Assembly (NCBI GenBank): GCA_964452795.1
Contig: CAYVOE010000001.1
Span: 1 to 35,677, forward strand
Source of the DNA: an uncultured Nitrospiraceae bacterium
Lineage (GTDB): Bacteria > Hydrogenedentota > Hydrogenedentia > Hydrogenedentales > SLHB01
Direction of reading: 5' to 3'
DNA length: 35,677 nt
Part shown: positions 8,370 through 16,238 of the stretch, in pieces
Layout of the letters: each line of letters starts with the position of its first letter
How positions within the stretch are numbered: the first letter of the stretch is position 1
Made by a program: the position numbers and the translations under genes
Notes under the pieces: model-generated
The model's input: the letters and a program-made list of their open reading frames with translations, nothing else
Databases searched by the model: none
Told to the model about the DNA's origin: nothing

Positions 8370-8390
8370 AAACCGAAACCCCGAACCTTA

Positions 8391-8438
8391 CTGTATCGAC
8401 CGAGCGTCACGGTAGCACCGGGAAGGGGCCCCTGTCAA
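8391..8438 (-). promoter_or_regulatory. Sigma70-type promoter of paralog D plus GTCGATACAG box
   Basis: Minus strand: TTGACA (8438..8433), 18-nt spacer, TACCGT (8414..8409). After an 8-nt gap comes GTCGATACAG (8400..8391). Confidence 0.6.
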
Positions 8439-8669
8439 GCGCCGGCCGGGGGCACGTCCTCGGCACGGGGCCGGACCATCCACCGTTCCGCAGGCTCGTC
8501 GGTCGCACGCAGGAACCGCGAAGGGCCCCGCACAAACTGTATATGCGCCGAAGACCCCCATCTCATGTCGAGACGAAGGCAGGACGCTGCGCAGGAGCCG
8601 CCGGAGCCCGCGCGAGCGGCCCCGTTTATCCGATCTCGGAGGCCGGCCCGCCTTCGGCTCAGCGATCGA

Positions 8670-8698
8670 TTGACAACTCTGGCGATTCGTCTTACACT
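8670..8698 (+). promoter_or_regulatory. Sigma70-type promoter for the ceramidase-like gene
   Basis: TTGACA (8670..8675), 17-nt spacer, TACACT (8693..8698), about 40 nt upstream of the ATG at 8738. Confidence 0.55.
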
Positions 8699-8737
8699 AT
8701 CGACCCTGTTAGGTCCGTACGGAAATCGGGAGACACT

Positions 8738-10102
8738 ATGAGCACCATGCGCGCCGGCGCGGCGGAACGGATCATCACGCCGCCCCTCGGAACTCCTCTG
8801 GCGGGTTACTTCGAGCCTCATTACGCCCAGGAAGTCGTGGCGGACATCCACGCCCGGGCCCTGGCCGTGGAAGACGAGGCGGGACGACGGGCGGCCATCG
8901 TGGCCTGCGACGTGCTGGCGGTGTCGGCGGAGACGGTGGCGGCGATCCGGGCCCGCGTCGAACGAGACGCGGGGATCCCCGCCGGCAACGTCCTGGTCTG
9001 CGCCACCCACACCCACACGGGCCCGCAGACCGCGGAAATCTTCGGTCAGCCGCCCCACGAGCCCTACATGCGCTTCTTTGAAGAGCAGGTGGCCGGCGCC
9101 GTGACCGATGCCATGGCCCGGCGGGCGCCGGCGCGGCTGACCTTCGGCACCGCGCAGGAAGACCGCATCAACATCAACCGGCGCGTGATCATGCGCGACG
9201 GCACCGTTCATACCCACACCACCGATGCCGACGCGGGCGACGAGGTGGGCCGCGAAGGCCCCTCCGACCCCGAGGTGGCGGTCCTGGCGGCGGAAGACGA
9301 CGACGGCCGGGCCCGAGCGCTTCTGGTGAACTACGCCCTCCACCCCACCAACGTCCGGGGCGACCGCATCTGCCCCGACTATCCGGGCTACCTGGCGGAA
9401 TTCCTGCGGCCGGAGCTGACGGGCGAGGCGGTGACCGTGTTCGCCAACGGCGCCTGCGGCGACCTGGATTCGAAGACGCCCTTCCTCAAAGACGTGGCCT
9501 ACGGGCCCGGTCGGGCGCAGCGCATCGCGGAGGTCCTGGCGGAAGCCGTGGGCCGGGCGCGGGCCGAGCGCCGGCCCGTCGAGGGCGACGGCGTGGGCGC
9601 GGCCCGAGAGCTGGTGCGGCTGCCCCTCAAGGAGGTCAGCCCGGAATGGCTCGAGCATGCCCGGGTCGTCCTGAGCCGCGACGAGCCCGGTGAACTGGTT
9701 TTCACCCGGGGGACGCGCCGGCCCAGCGCGCTCAAGGAGCGGATCTACGCCGCCGAGGCCCTGCGCATGGCGGAGCTTCGGGCCGTTCAGCCGTATTTCG
9801 AGGCCGAAGTGCAGGTGATCCGGATAGGCGACATCGCCGTGGTGGGCGTGCCCGTCGAGCTGTTCACCGAGTTCGGACTCGAGATCAAGCGCATCGCCCG
9901 CGAACGGTTCCGTCACGCCCTCGTGATCGAGCTGGCGAACGGATATTTCGGCTACGTCCCCACGCGCAAGGCCTTCGAGGGCGGCGGCTACGAGACCCGC
10001 CTCGCCCGGTCGAGCCCGGTGAAGCCCGAGTCCGGCGACCTGCTCGTGGAAGCCGCCGCCAGGCTCCTCGCCGAAGGGCTCCCGGCCGCGAAGACGGCCT
10101 GA
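8738..10102 (+). CDS. Neutral/alkaline non-lysosomal ceramidase N-terminal-domain-like hydrolase
   Basis: ATG at 8738 with a GGGAGA RBS. The N-terminus MSTMRAGAAERIITPPLGTPLAGYF...HARALAVEDEAGRRAAIVACDVL fits that family's pattern, recalled from memory. The promoter above supports this internal start over the track start at 8543. Confidence 0.75.
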   Translation: MSTMRAGAAERIITPPLGTPLAGYFEPHYAQEVVADIHARALAVEDEAGRRAAIVACDVLAVSAETVAAIRARVERDAGIPAGNVLVCATHTHTGPQTAEIFGQPPHEPYMRFFEEQVAGAVTDAMARRAPARLTFGTAQEDRININRRVIMRDGTVHTHTTDADAGDEVGREGPSDPEVAVLAAEDDDGRARALLVNYALHPTNVRGDRICPDYPGYLAEFLRPELTGEAVTVFANGACGDLDSKTPFLKDVAYGPGRAQRIAEVLAEAVGRARAERRPVEGDGVGAARELVRLPLKEVSPEWLEHARVVLSRDEPGELVFTRGTRRPSALKERIYAAEALRMAELRAVQPYFEAEVQVIRIGDIAVVGVPVELFTEFGLEIKRIARERFRHALVIELANGYFGYVPTRKAFEGGGYETRLARSSPVKPESGDLLVEAAARLLAEGLPAAKTA

Positions 10103-10287
10103 CGGCCCACGGCATTCCTTAACCCGTTGTCGCGATCCACCGATCGCGTGCCGGGCGGGGTGTGAGGTCCCACGGACCTCATCGCTCCGCCCGGCGATTT
10201 TTCTGGGTTCGGTGCGCCGGAAAGGTGCAACGCGCGAGGGCCGGTGGTATGCTCTCCGCCCGGCGCGGTCGCCGACGGAGAATCTCG

Positions 10288-11403
10288 ATGGAGCAGGCGA
10301 TAAAGAGCGTGGTGGACATCGGCAAAGGAGAGCCCGATTTCGCCACGCCCGAACACATCAAGGAGGCGGCGCGGCGGGCCCTCGCCGAAGACTTCACCCG
10401 GTACACCCCGCAGCCGGGGATCCCGGAGCTGCGCGAGGCGGCGGCGGAGAAGTTCCGGACCGAGAACGGCATCGACGTCTCCCCCGACCGGGTCGTGGTA
10501 TCGTGCGGCGGGAAGCACAGCCTCTACAACGCCTTTCAATGCCTGCTCTCGCCGGGCGATGAGGTGCTGGTCCCCACCCCTCACTGGTTCGCCTACACCG
10601 CCCAGATTGCCGCGTGCGGCGCACGGCCCGTCCTCGTGCCCGCGTCGCCCGAGTCGGGATTCCTGCCGGATATCGAGGATCTCCGCCGGGCCCGGACCTC
10701 CGCGACCCGCGCCATCGTCCTCAACAGTCCCCACAACCCTACGGGAGCGGTCTACGACCGGGCGCGGCTCGAGGCCATTGCCGCTCTGGCGGCCGAACAC
10801 GACCTCTACATCGTTTCCGACGAGGTATACGAGAAAATCGTCTTCGACGACGCGCGTCACCTGTCCGTGGCCGCCATCGACCCGGAAATCGCGCGGCGGA
10901 CCGTCACCGTAAACAGCGTGTCCAAGACCCACGCCATGACGGGCTGGCGCATCGGATACGCCGCCCTGCCCGGGGATCTCGCCCGGCGGGTCATCGCGCT
11001 CCAGGGCAACAGCACCTCGGCGCCGTCGGCCATCTCCCAGCGCGCGGCCCTGGCGGCCCTCACGGGCGACGCCTCCCACGTAGCGACCATGGTCGCCGCC
11101 TACGCGCGACGCCGGGCCTGGCTGCTCGATCGGCTGGAGGCCTTGCCGGGCCTGCGGTGCGTCCCGCCTCGGGGCGCCTTCTATTGCTTCGTGAACATGG
11201 AGGAGCGCATCGGCACGGAGGTGGCCGGCGAACCCATCGGTTCCGCCGACGACTTCGTTCGAGTGCTCCGCGAACGGGCGGGCGTGTCGATGGTGTCGGG
11301 CACGCCCTTCGGCGCCGACCGCCGCGTGCGGATTTCCTTCGCCGTGTCGGAATCGGACCTCGCCGAAGGAGTGGACCGCATGGCGGAAGCGCTGCTCCTG
11401 TGA
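10288..11403 (+). CDS. Class I/II pyridoxal-phosphate-dependent aminotransferase (aspartate aminotransferase-like)
   Basis: Motifs seen: GEPDFATPEHIKEAA, LNSPHNPTG, and SVSKTHAMTGWRIGY with the PLP-lysine. I prefer the ATG at 10288 (GGAG RBS, 7-nt spacing). The in-frame ATG at 10249 (GAGGG RBS) is an alternative. The track start at 10162 adds an Arg-rich non-family extension. Confidence 0.88.
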   Translation: MEQAIKSVVDIGKGEPDFATPEHIKEAARRALAEDFTRYTPQPGIPELREAAAEKFRTENGIDVSPDRVVVSCGGKHSLYNAFQCLLSPGDEVLVPTPHWFAYTAQIAACGARPVLVPASPESGFLPDIEDLRRARTSATRAIVLNSPHNPTGAVYDRARLEAIAALAAEHDLYIVSDEVYEKIVFDDARHLSVAAIDPEIARRTVTVNSVSKTHAMTGWRIGYAALPGDLARRVIALQGNSTSAPSAISQRAALAALTGDASHVATMVAAYARRRAWLLDRLEALPGLRCVPPRGAFYCFVNMEERIGTEVAGEPIGSADDFVRVLRERAGVSMVSGTPFGADRRVRISFAVSESDLAEGVDRMAEALLL

Positions 11404-11475
11404 ACGCCGATACCGGTCCGGGGACGGGGCGCCCCGAGGCCGTCGCCAAACCGCACACGTGCCGAGGATTTCCAA

Positions 11476-12651
11476 ATGCGCATGACTGAGATCAAGAGCT
11501 TTCTGCTGTCGAAGCCGCGGGATCTCCACATCGTCAAGGTGGAGACGGACGCGGGGATCTACGGCCTGGGCGAGGCGGGCTGCTCGACCCGCGAACACGG
11601 CCAGGACGGCGTGCTCAAGCACTTCCGCGAATGGCTCGTGGGCATGGACCCCCTGCAGATCGAGCACATCTGGCAGAAGATGTACCGCAGCGCCTACTAC
11701 GAGGGCGGACGCATCATCACGGGGGCCATGGCGGCCATCGACATGGCACTCTACGACATCGCCGGCAAGGCCCTCGGCGTGCCCGTGTACCAGTTGCTCG
11801 GCGGGGCCTGCCGCGACCGCATCTACGGCTTCGCCACGGTGGGGAACCTCGGCGCCCCCGACTGCATCGACCGCGCCCGGGAGGCCGCGGACGGGGGATG
11901 GCCGGCCATCCGGTTCTCGCCCGCCGACGGCGTGACGCCCCGGGCCCTTCGACCCGACGTCGAAGCGGAAGATCGCACCCGCGTCCTCGACGTTCGGGCC
12001 TCCATGGCCGCCACGGCGGAGCGCTTCACCGAGGCCTGGCACGCCATCGACAAGCGGATCCCGCTGGGGCTCGATTACCACCACCGCCTGTCGGTGGCGG
12101 AGGCGGCGACCTTCTGCCAGATGATCCCCCGGGGCAGCATGGGCTTCCTCGAGGAGCCCATCCGCTGCGAGAACCCCGACGCCTACGCCGCGTTGCGGAC
12201 CATGACCGACGTGCCCTTCGCCATCGGCGAGGAATGGCCCAGCAAGTGGGCCGCCCTGCCCTACATCGAGCGAGGGCTGACGAACTACGCCCGGGTCGAC
12301 GTGGGCTGCATCGGCGGCCTCACCGAGGCCAGGAAGGTGGCGGGCTGGTGCGAGGCCCATTACATCGACCTCATGCCCCACAACCCCATCGGTGCCGTGT
12401 GCACGGCCGCCACCGTCCACCTCGCCGCCGCGGTCAACAACCTCACCTGGCTCGAGATCATCCCCAGCTTCAACGAAGGCGCCACGGACGTGTTCCCCGT
12501 GATCCTCGAGCGCAACGGACCCTATTTCCCCCTGCCGACGCGGCCCGGCCTCGGCGTCGAGTTCGACGAGGACGCCGCCGCCCGGTTCCCCCTGGTCATG
12601 CACGAGCACCCGCACCTGGAACGACCCGACGGCAGCTACACCAACTGGTGA
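11476..12651 (+). CDS. Enolase-superfamily dehydratase (galactonate/mannonate dehydratase-like; mandelate racemase/muconate lactonizing enzyme family)
   Basis: The N-terminus HIVKVETDAGIYGLGEAG...MDPLQIEHIWQKMYRSAYYEGGRIITGAMAAIDMALYDIAGKALGVPVYQLLGG resembles the DgoD/ManD subgroup. A GAGGA RBS lies 7 nt upstream. Confidence 0.88.
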   Translation: MRMTEIKSFLLSKPRDLHIVKVETDAGIYGLGEAGCSTREHGQDGVLKHFREWLVGMDPLQIEHIWQKMYRSAYYEGGRIITGAMAAIDMALYDIAGKALGVPVYQLLGGACRDRIYGFATVGNLGAPDCIDRAREAADGGWPAIRFSPADGVTPRALRPDVEAEDRTRVLDVRASMAATAERFTEAWHAIDKRIPLGLDYHHRLSVAEAATFCQMIPRGSMGFLEEPIRCENPDAYAALRTMTDVPFAIGEEWPSKWAALPYIERGLTNYARVDVGCIGGLTEARKVAGWCEAHYIDLMPHNPIGAVCTAATVHLAAAVNNLTWLEIIPSFNEGATDVFPVILERNGPYFPLPTRPGLGVEFDEDAAARFPLVMHEHPHLERPDGSYTNW

Positions 12652-12685
12652 CTCGGCCGGCCCGGCTTCTGTCGCAACACGTGCT

Positions 12686-13309
12686 TCACGCCGGCGCGGT
12701 GAACAGGTGCCGGGCGAGGGCGCGGCCCGTCTCCGTGCGGAAGGTCTCCTCGATGATCCCGGCCTTGGTGTCGGGGCTCGACGCGCCGTGGAGCCGGGGG
12801 AAGTTGGCGAGCCCGTCGGCATCCCACACGATGCGGAACTCGGGCGTGTCGATGTCCGTGCCGCTGTGGTGCGACCCGATGATGCGGCTGATGTGCTCGA
12901 CCGCCTCGCGCTCCACGCCGTGCTTCTCCAGGATGGCCTCGGCGATGGGCGGGCCTTCCCGTTCCTGGAACAGGCCGGCCTTGGATCCGTGCCGCCGCAG
13001 GGCCTCGGGAATGCCGATGTCGTGGAGGGCCGCCGCGGCCCGGACCACCCGCGCGTCGCCGCTTTCCTCCTGCAGAAGGCGCTCCGCGTAGGCCAGGACC
13101 TCGAGGGTATGGTCGACCAGCTCCTGCCGTTCGCCGAAGACGGCCTTCATCTCCGCGACGAGGCCGTCGATCAGGGCGGACGCGGCCTCGCCTCGGCCAT
13201 CGCCGGCGTCGCGGGCGGGATCGTCCATGTTTGGGGCGTCTTCGGGTCTGACGTAGCCCGTGTCCGGACCGGAACTGCAAGGCGAATCCATCGCACCACT
13301 CCTCCCCAT
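12686..13309 (-). CDS. HD-domain metal-dependent phosphohydrolase
   Basis: Motifs seen: HTLEVLAYAERLL, AAALHDIGIPEA, and IIGSHHSGTDIDTPEF. The start is uncertain: ATG at 13309 or 13291. Confidence 0.8.
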   Translation of the reverse strand: MGRSGAMDSPCSSGPDTGYVRPEDAPNMDDPARDAGDGRGEAASALIDGLVAEMKAVFGERQELVDHTLEVLAYAERLLQEESGDARVVRAAAALHDIGIPEALRRHGSKAGLFQEREGPPIAEAILEKHGVEREAVEHISRIIGSHHSGTDIDTPEFRIVWDADGLANFPRLHGASSPDTKAGIIEETFRTETGRALARHLFTAPA

Positions 13310-13412
13310 GCCTGGGCGGACGGCGGGCCCGGGGACCTCATCCGCGGGACACCTGCAAGCCCTTCACCAATCGAAAGCGGTCCATACTCGTGTGCGACAG
13401 GAACAGAGCCCC

Positions 13413-13441
13413 AGTATACGCCTCCCCGCAGGCGGGGTCTA
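13413..13441 (-). promoter_or_regulatory. Candidate promoter for the HD-domain gene
   Basis: Minus strand: TAGACC (13441..13436), 17-nt spacer, TATACT (13418..13413). Confidence 0.35.
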
Positions 13442-13487
13442 TGTTTTGCTCGCCGTTATTTCGGCTCCCCTCCGCCCGGCGCGCGGC

Positions 13488-14405
13488 CTACGCCGATACC
13501 GATCGGGCCGCCTTCATCGCCCGGGCCACGGCTTCGATGTGCTCGGGCGACGAGCCGCAGCAGCCGCCGATGAACTTCGCCCCCGCCGCCAGCAAGGCCG
13601 GCACGGCATCGGCGTACGCCTGAGGCGAGGCCTTGTACACCGTCCGCCCCTCCGCGTCGACGGTGGCCTTGCCGGCGTTACCTTTCACCCAGATGGGGAG
13701 GTCGGTGCCGCAGGCGGCGAACTGTTCTGCAATGTTCACAAAGGTCTCGATGCCCGCGCCGCAGTTGGCCCCCACGAAAGCGGCGTGGTACTTCTTCGCC
13801 AGTTCATACACCTCGGCAATGCTCGCGCCCATCATGGTGCGGTCGTTGTTCTCGCCCGCGTCGAAGGTGAAGGAGAACCCCGTCGGCAGGTCGCACGCGG
13901 ACAACACGCCTTTCATCGCCGCCTCGGCCTCCACGAGATCGCTCTGAGTCTCGATGACGATGGCATCTGCCCCGCCGTCGGCGAAGGCCCGGGCCTGTTC
14001 CGCCGCCGCCGCCTCCACCTCCGCCGGCTCGATCTCCCCCATCATCACCATCTTTCCGCAGGGCCCCATGGACGCGAAGACGTAGGCCCGACCCGCGGCG
14101 GCCTGCTTCGAAATCTCCGCGCCCGCCTTCGAAAGCTCGTAGGCGCGGTCGGCGATTCCGTGGCGGGCGAGGACAATGCGGTTCGAGTTGAAGGTGTTGG
14201 TCAGGATCACCTCGGCCCCCGCTTCCACGTACCCGCGGGCGACGCTGAGCACCTTCTCGGGCTCGTCGACGTTCCACACGTCGCACATCTGCCCCGGCTC
14301 GGCGCCGCGCTTCTGCATCTCCGTGCCCCACGCCCCATCCGTGCAAAGCGCCGGCAACTCCCGGAGACTCGCCCGGGTCAGCTTCGCATTCGCGTCAAAT
14401 CCCAT
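13488..14405 (-). CDS. Homocysteine S-methyltransferase domain protein (MetH N-terminal/MmuM-like, Zn-thiolate type)
   Basis: Motifs seen: VILTNTFNSN, GGADAIVIETQSDLVEAEAA, FVGANCG, and GGCCGSSPEHI with the Zn-binding Cys residues. Confidence 0.88.
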   Translation of the reverse strand: MGFDANAKLTRASLRELPALCTDGAWGTEMQKRGAEPGQMCDVWNVDEPEKVLSVARGYVEAGAEVILTNTFNSNRIVLARHGIADRAYELSKAGAEISKQAAAGRAYVFASMGPCGKMVMMGEIEPAEVEAAAAEQARAFADGGADAIVIETQSDLVEAEAAMKGVLSACDLPTGFSFTFDAGENNDRTMMGASIAEVYELAKKYHAAFVGANCGAGIETFVNIAEQFAACGTDLPIWVKGNAGKATVDAEGRTVYKASPQAYADAVPALLAAGAKFIGGCCGSSPEHIEAVARAMKAARSVSA

Positions 14406-14744
14406 GTCCCATTCCCCCTTTCGTTCGTCCCCGCGAGCCGCTTATAGCAGGCAACGCTTCGAGTCCCCCGATGCCCTCCTGCGGGACCTCGAACACGCCT
14501 TCTAGCCGAGGCTGAAGGTCCCTTCGAGAGAAACCTTACCGCCCTCATTCTACCCAATTGGAACCCCGCACGACAGGCACAACTTAAGGCCCATTCCTCA
14601 CGATGGGTCAACATCACACGATTCCCCGCCCTCGATCCACGAAACGACCTATCTTCATTGCGAGTCCCCGAGCCGCGTGCGCGGACATTCCCCGTAACCC
14701 TCTTCACCCCAATACGTTCCAGGTTTCCGCCGGTACGAGGCCCC

Positions 14745-14790
14745 CAAAATGCAGAGCCCCCGGCGGGGACCGTGCAACCCCGCCGGGGGC
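14745..14790 (-). other. Strong 13-bp GC hairpin, terminator-like on the minus strand, inside a long intergenic region
   Basis: GCCCCCGGCGGGG (14756..14768) pairs perfectly with CCCCGCCGGGGGC (14778..14790) across a 9-nt loop. On the minus strand TCTGCATTTTG follows, so the U-tract is displaced by 5 nt. A second palindrome, CCCGGG-N7-CCCGGG, lies at 14801..14819. Confidence 0.3.
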
Positions 14791-15059
14791 CGTCTACGTC
14801 CCCGGGTTTTGCGCCCGGGTTCGATTCTGCGCGTTTCCCCAACGGTCGAGTCCGTCGCCGAAAGTCCGTGCATCTTTCGTCGCTCTTCGGTGCGGGGGGC
14901 TGCACCGCCGACCGTCCAAACTCGCGCAGCACGTGAGGGGCATCGCCGGGTACAGTCGACCCGGGACCCGCTACTTTGCGCAGGCCGTTGCAGCCCGCGC
15001 GTTCTATGCTGCACCGGCACCGAAAAAAAGGCAAGTAACAACTTTGTAAACGGTTCGGC

Positions 15060-15089
15060 TTGTCGCTGTGCACCGGGGCGAGGTAGAAT
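15060..15089 (+). promoter_or_regulatory. Candidate promoter for the GntR-family regulator
   Basis: TTGTCG (15060..15065), 18-nt spacer, TAGAAT (15084..15089). A GTGATGTGATGTGAC repeat follows at 15095..15109. Confidence 0.45.
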
Positions 15090-15131
15090 GTGGTGTGATG
15101 TGATGTGACGATAGCGAAAGCGTGATGCCTT

Positions 15132-16175
15132 ATGACCAGTCCCAGCGAGGCACTGACCCCTCTCTACCGCCGCCTGTTCGAGCAGTACCGCGACGACATC
15201 CTCGCCTTCCGACTCCAGCCGGGTCAGCGGATCGATTCCATCGCCGAGATCCAGCGGAAGCACGGCGTGGCCCGCGAGACGGCAAAGCGCGTCTTAAACC
15301 TCCTGGCGGAAGAGGGTTACATCGTTCAGCATCCCGGCAAGGGCTCCTTCGTGGCCGACCTGCGGCCCAAGCAGCCCATCTGGGGGCTCGTGTTCCCGTT
15401 CCACTCGGTGCAGTACGAAAACCTGTTGCGCCGGGTATCGGAACAGGCGGAGGCCCGGGGCCGAACCCTGCACTTCTTCTGCGATTACAACAACTGGGAG
15501 GAAGAGATCCGGCTGGTGGGCAAGATGCTCCAGGAGCACTACGAGGCCATCGTGGTCATCCCCACCCTGGACGAGACACGGACCTGGAGCTTCTACGAGC
15601 GCCTCTCTCCCCTGGACACGCCGGTGGTGCTCCTGGACCACACCATGTCCCTCCACGATTTCCCCTACGTGGTGCAGAGCTACGACCTCGGCGTGGTGCG
15701 GGCCATCCACCACCTCCTGGGGCGGCAGCCGGGCGGCATCGCCTTCATCGAGAACGAGCTGTGGTCAGGCCGAAACATGGTCCTGGAGGTGATGCGCGAG
15801 ACCTACCTGGGCTTGATGCGGGAGAAATGCCCCGGGTTCGAGCCTCTTCTATTGCGCGGAGCCCGAGGATTGCGGGCCGACGAACTCCGGAGCAAAGGGG
15901 TGACGGGCCTGTTCTGCTGCGACGACATCGTGGCGATCCAGACCCTGGGGCGGCTGAAGGAGCAGGGGGCGGAGGTGCCGCGGGACTTCGGCGTGGTGAG
16001 TTACGGGAACACGGAATTGGGCCGGTATTTTACCCCGGCCATCACGTCGGTGGACCCCCACAACGAGGAGATGGCCGCCGTCCTGGCCGACACTATCCGT
16101 GCCTCGGTCGAGGAACCGGGCGGCGAATCGCGCCAGCACGTGGTCCAGCCGGACCTGGTGGTGCGAAGCACCTGA
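15132..16175 (+). CDS. GntR-family transcriptional regulator with LacI/periplasmic-binding-protein-type effector domain
   Basis: The N-terminal winged HTH is LYRRLFEQYRDDILAFRLQPGQRIDSIAEIQRKHGVARETAKRVLNLLAEEGYIVQHPGKGSFV. The C-terminal ~270 aa have a PBP-like layout (GLFCCDDIVAIQTLGRLKEQGAEVPRDFGVVSYGN). Confidence 0.85.
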   Translation: MTSPSEALTPLYRRLFEQYRDDILAFRLQPGQRIDSIAEIQRKHGVARETAKRVLNLLAEEGYIVQHPGKGSFVADLRPKQPIWGLVFPFHSVQYENLLRRVSEQAEARGRTLHFFCDYNNWEEEIRLVGKMLQEHYEAIVVIPTLDETRTWSFYERLSPLDTPVVLLDHTMSLHDFPYVVQSYDLGVVRAIHHLLGRQPGGIAFIENELWSGRNMVLEVMRETYLGLMREKCPGFEPLLLRGARGLRADELRSKGVTGLFCCDDIVAIQTLGRLKEQGAEVPRDFGVVSYGNTELGRYFTPAITSVDPHNEEMAAVLADTIRASVEEPGGESRQHVVQPDLVVRST

Positions 16176-16238
16176 TTTTCAGATCGTGCCGATCCTGTCT
16201 GGAATCCGGGACCGGACTCGTGGCGACCGACTTTCGCG

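Noticed and set aside
10162-10287. The aminotransferase appears to lack the usual ~30-aa N-terminal arm, which could mean truncation or a frameshift.
   Set aside because: No alternative frame upstream encodes an aminotransferase-like N-terminus. Two plausible in-frame starts with RBSs exist (10249 and 10288). This is best explained as start-codon ambiguity in a naturally short N-terminus, not as a pseudogene.
9988-12822. 944-aa minus-strand ORF spanning the aminotransferase and enolase-family genes.
   Set aside because: Its Arg/Gly/Pro/Ala-rich, low-complexity translation is antisense to two genes with clear family motifs. This is a typical shadow ORF in high-GC DNA.
14406-14620. A possible SAM, SAH or cobalamin riboswitch upstream of the homocysteine methyltransferase gene.
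   Set aside because: I searched the minus-strand leader by eye for the B12 box (GCCACTG, AGCCAGGAGACCTGCC-like), the SAM-I core (GAGGGA...GGCCC...GCAACC) and the SAH core (GAGGAGCGCTGC...AGGCTCGG). None is present. The question stays open only as part of the broader intergenic finding.
14815-14835. GGGTTCGATTC, which resembles a tRNA/tmRNA T-loop.
   Set aside because: The flanking 5-mers (CCGGG / CTGCG) cannot form a T-stem. I found no acceptor or anticodon arms and no CCA-proximal pairing on either strand.
14860-15061. GAAAGTCCG (14860..14868) and CGGTTCGGCTT (15051..15061) could pair like the RNase P RNA P4 helix with its bulged U.
   Set aside because: The two strands are only about 190 nt apart. 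The other universally conserved RNase P blocks (GGTAAGAGCGCACC-like, AGCAAGGCC-like, AGATGAATG-like) are absent, so this is most likely coincidence. An Infernal scan would settle it.
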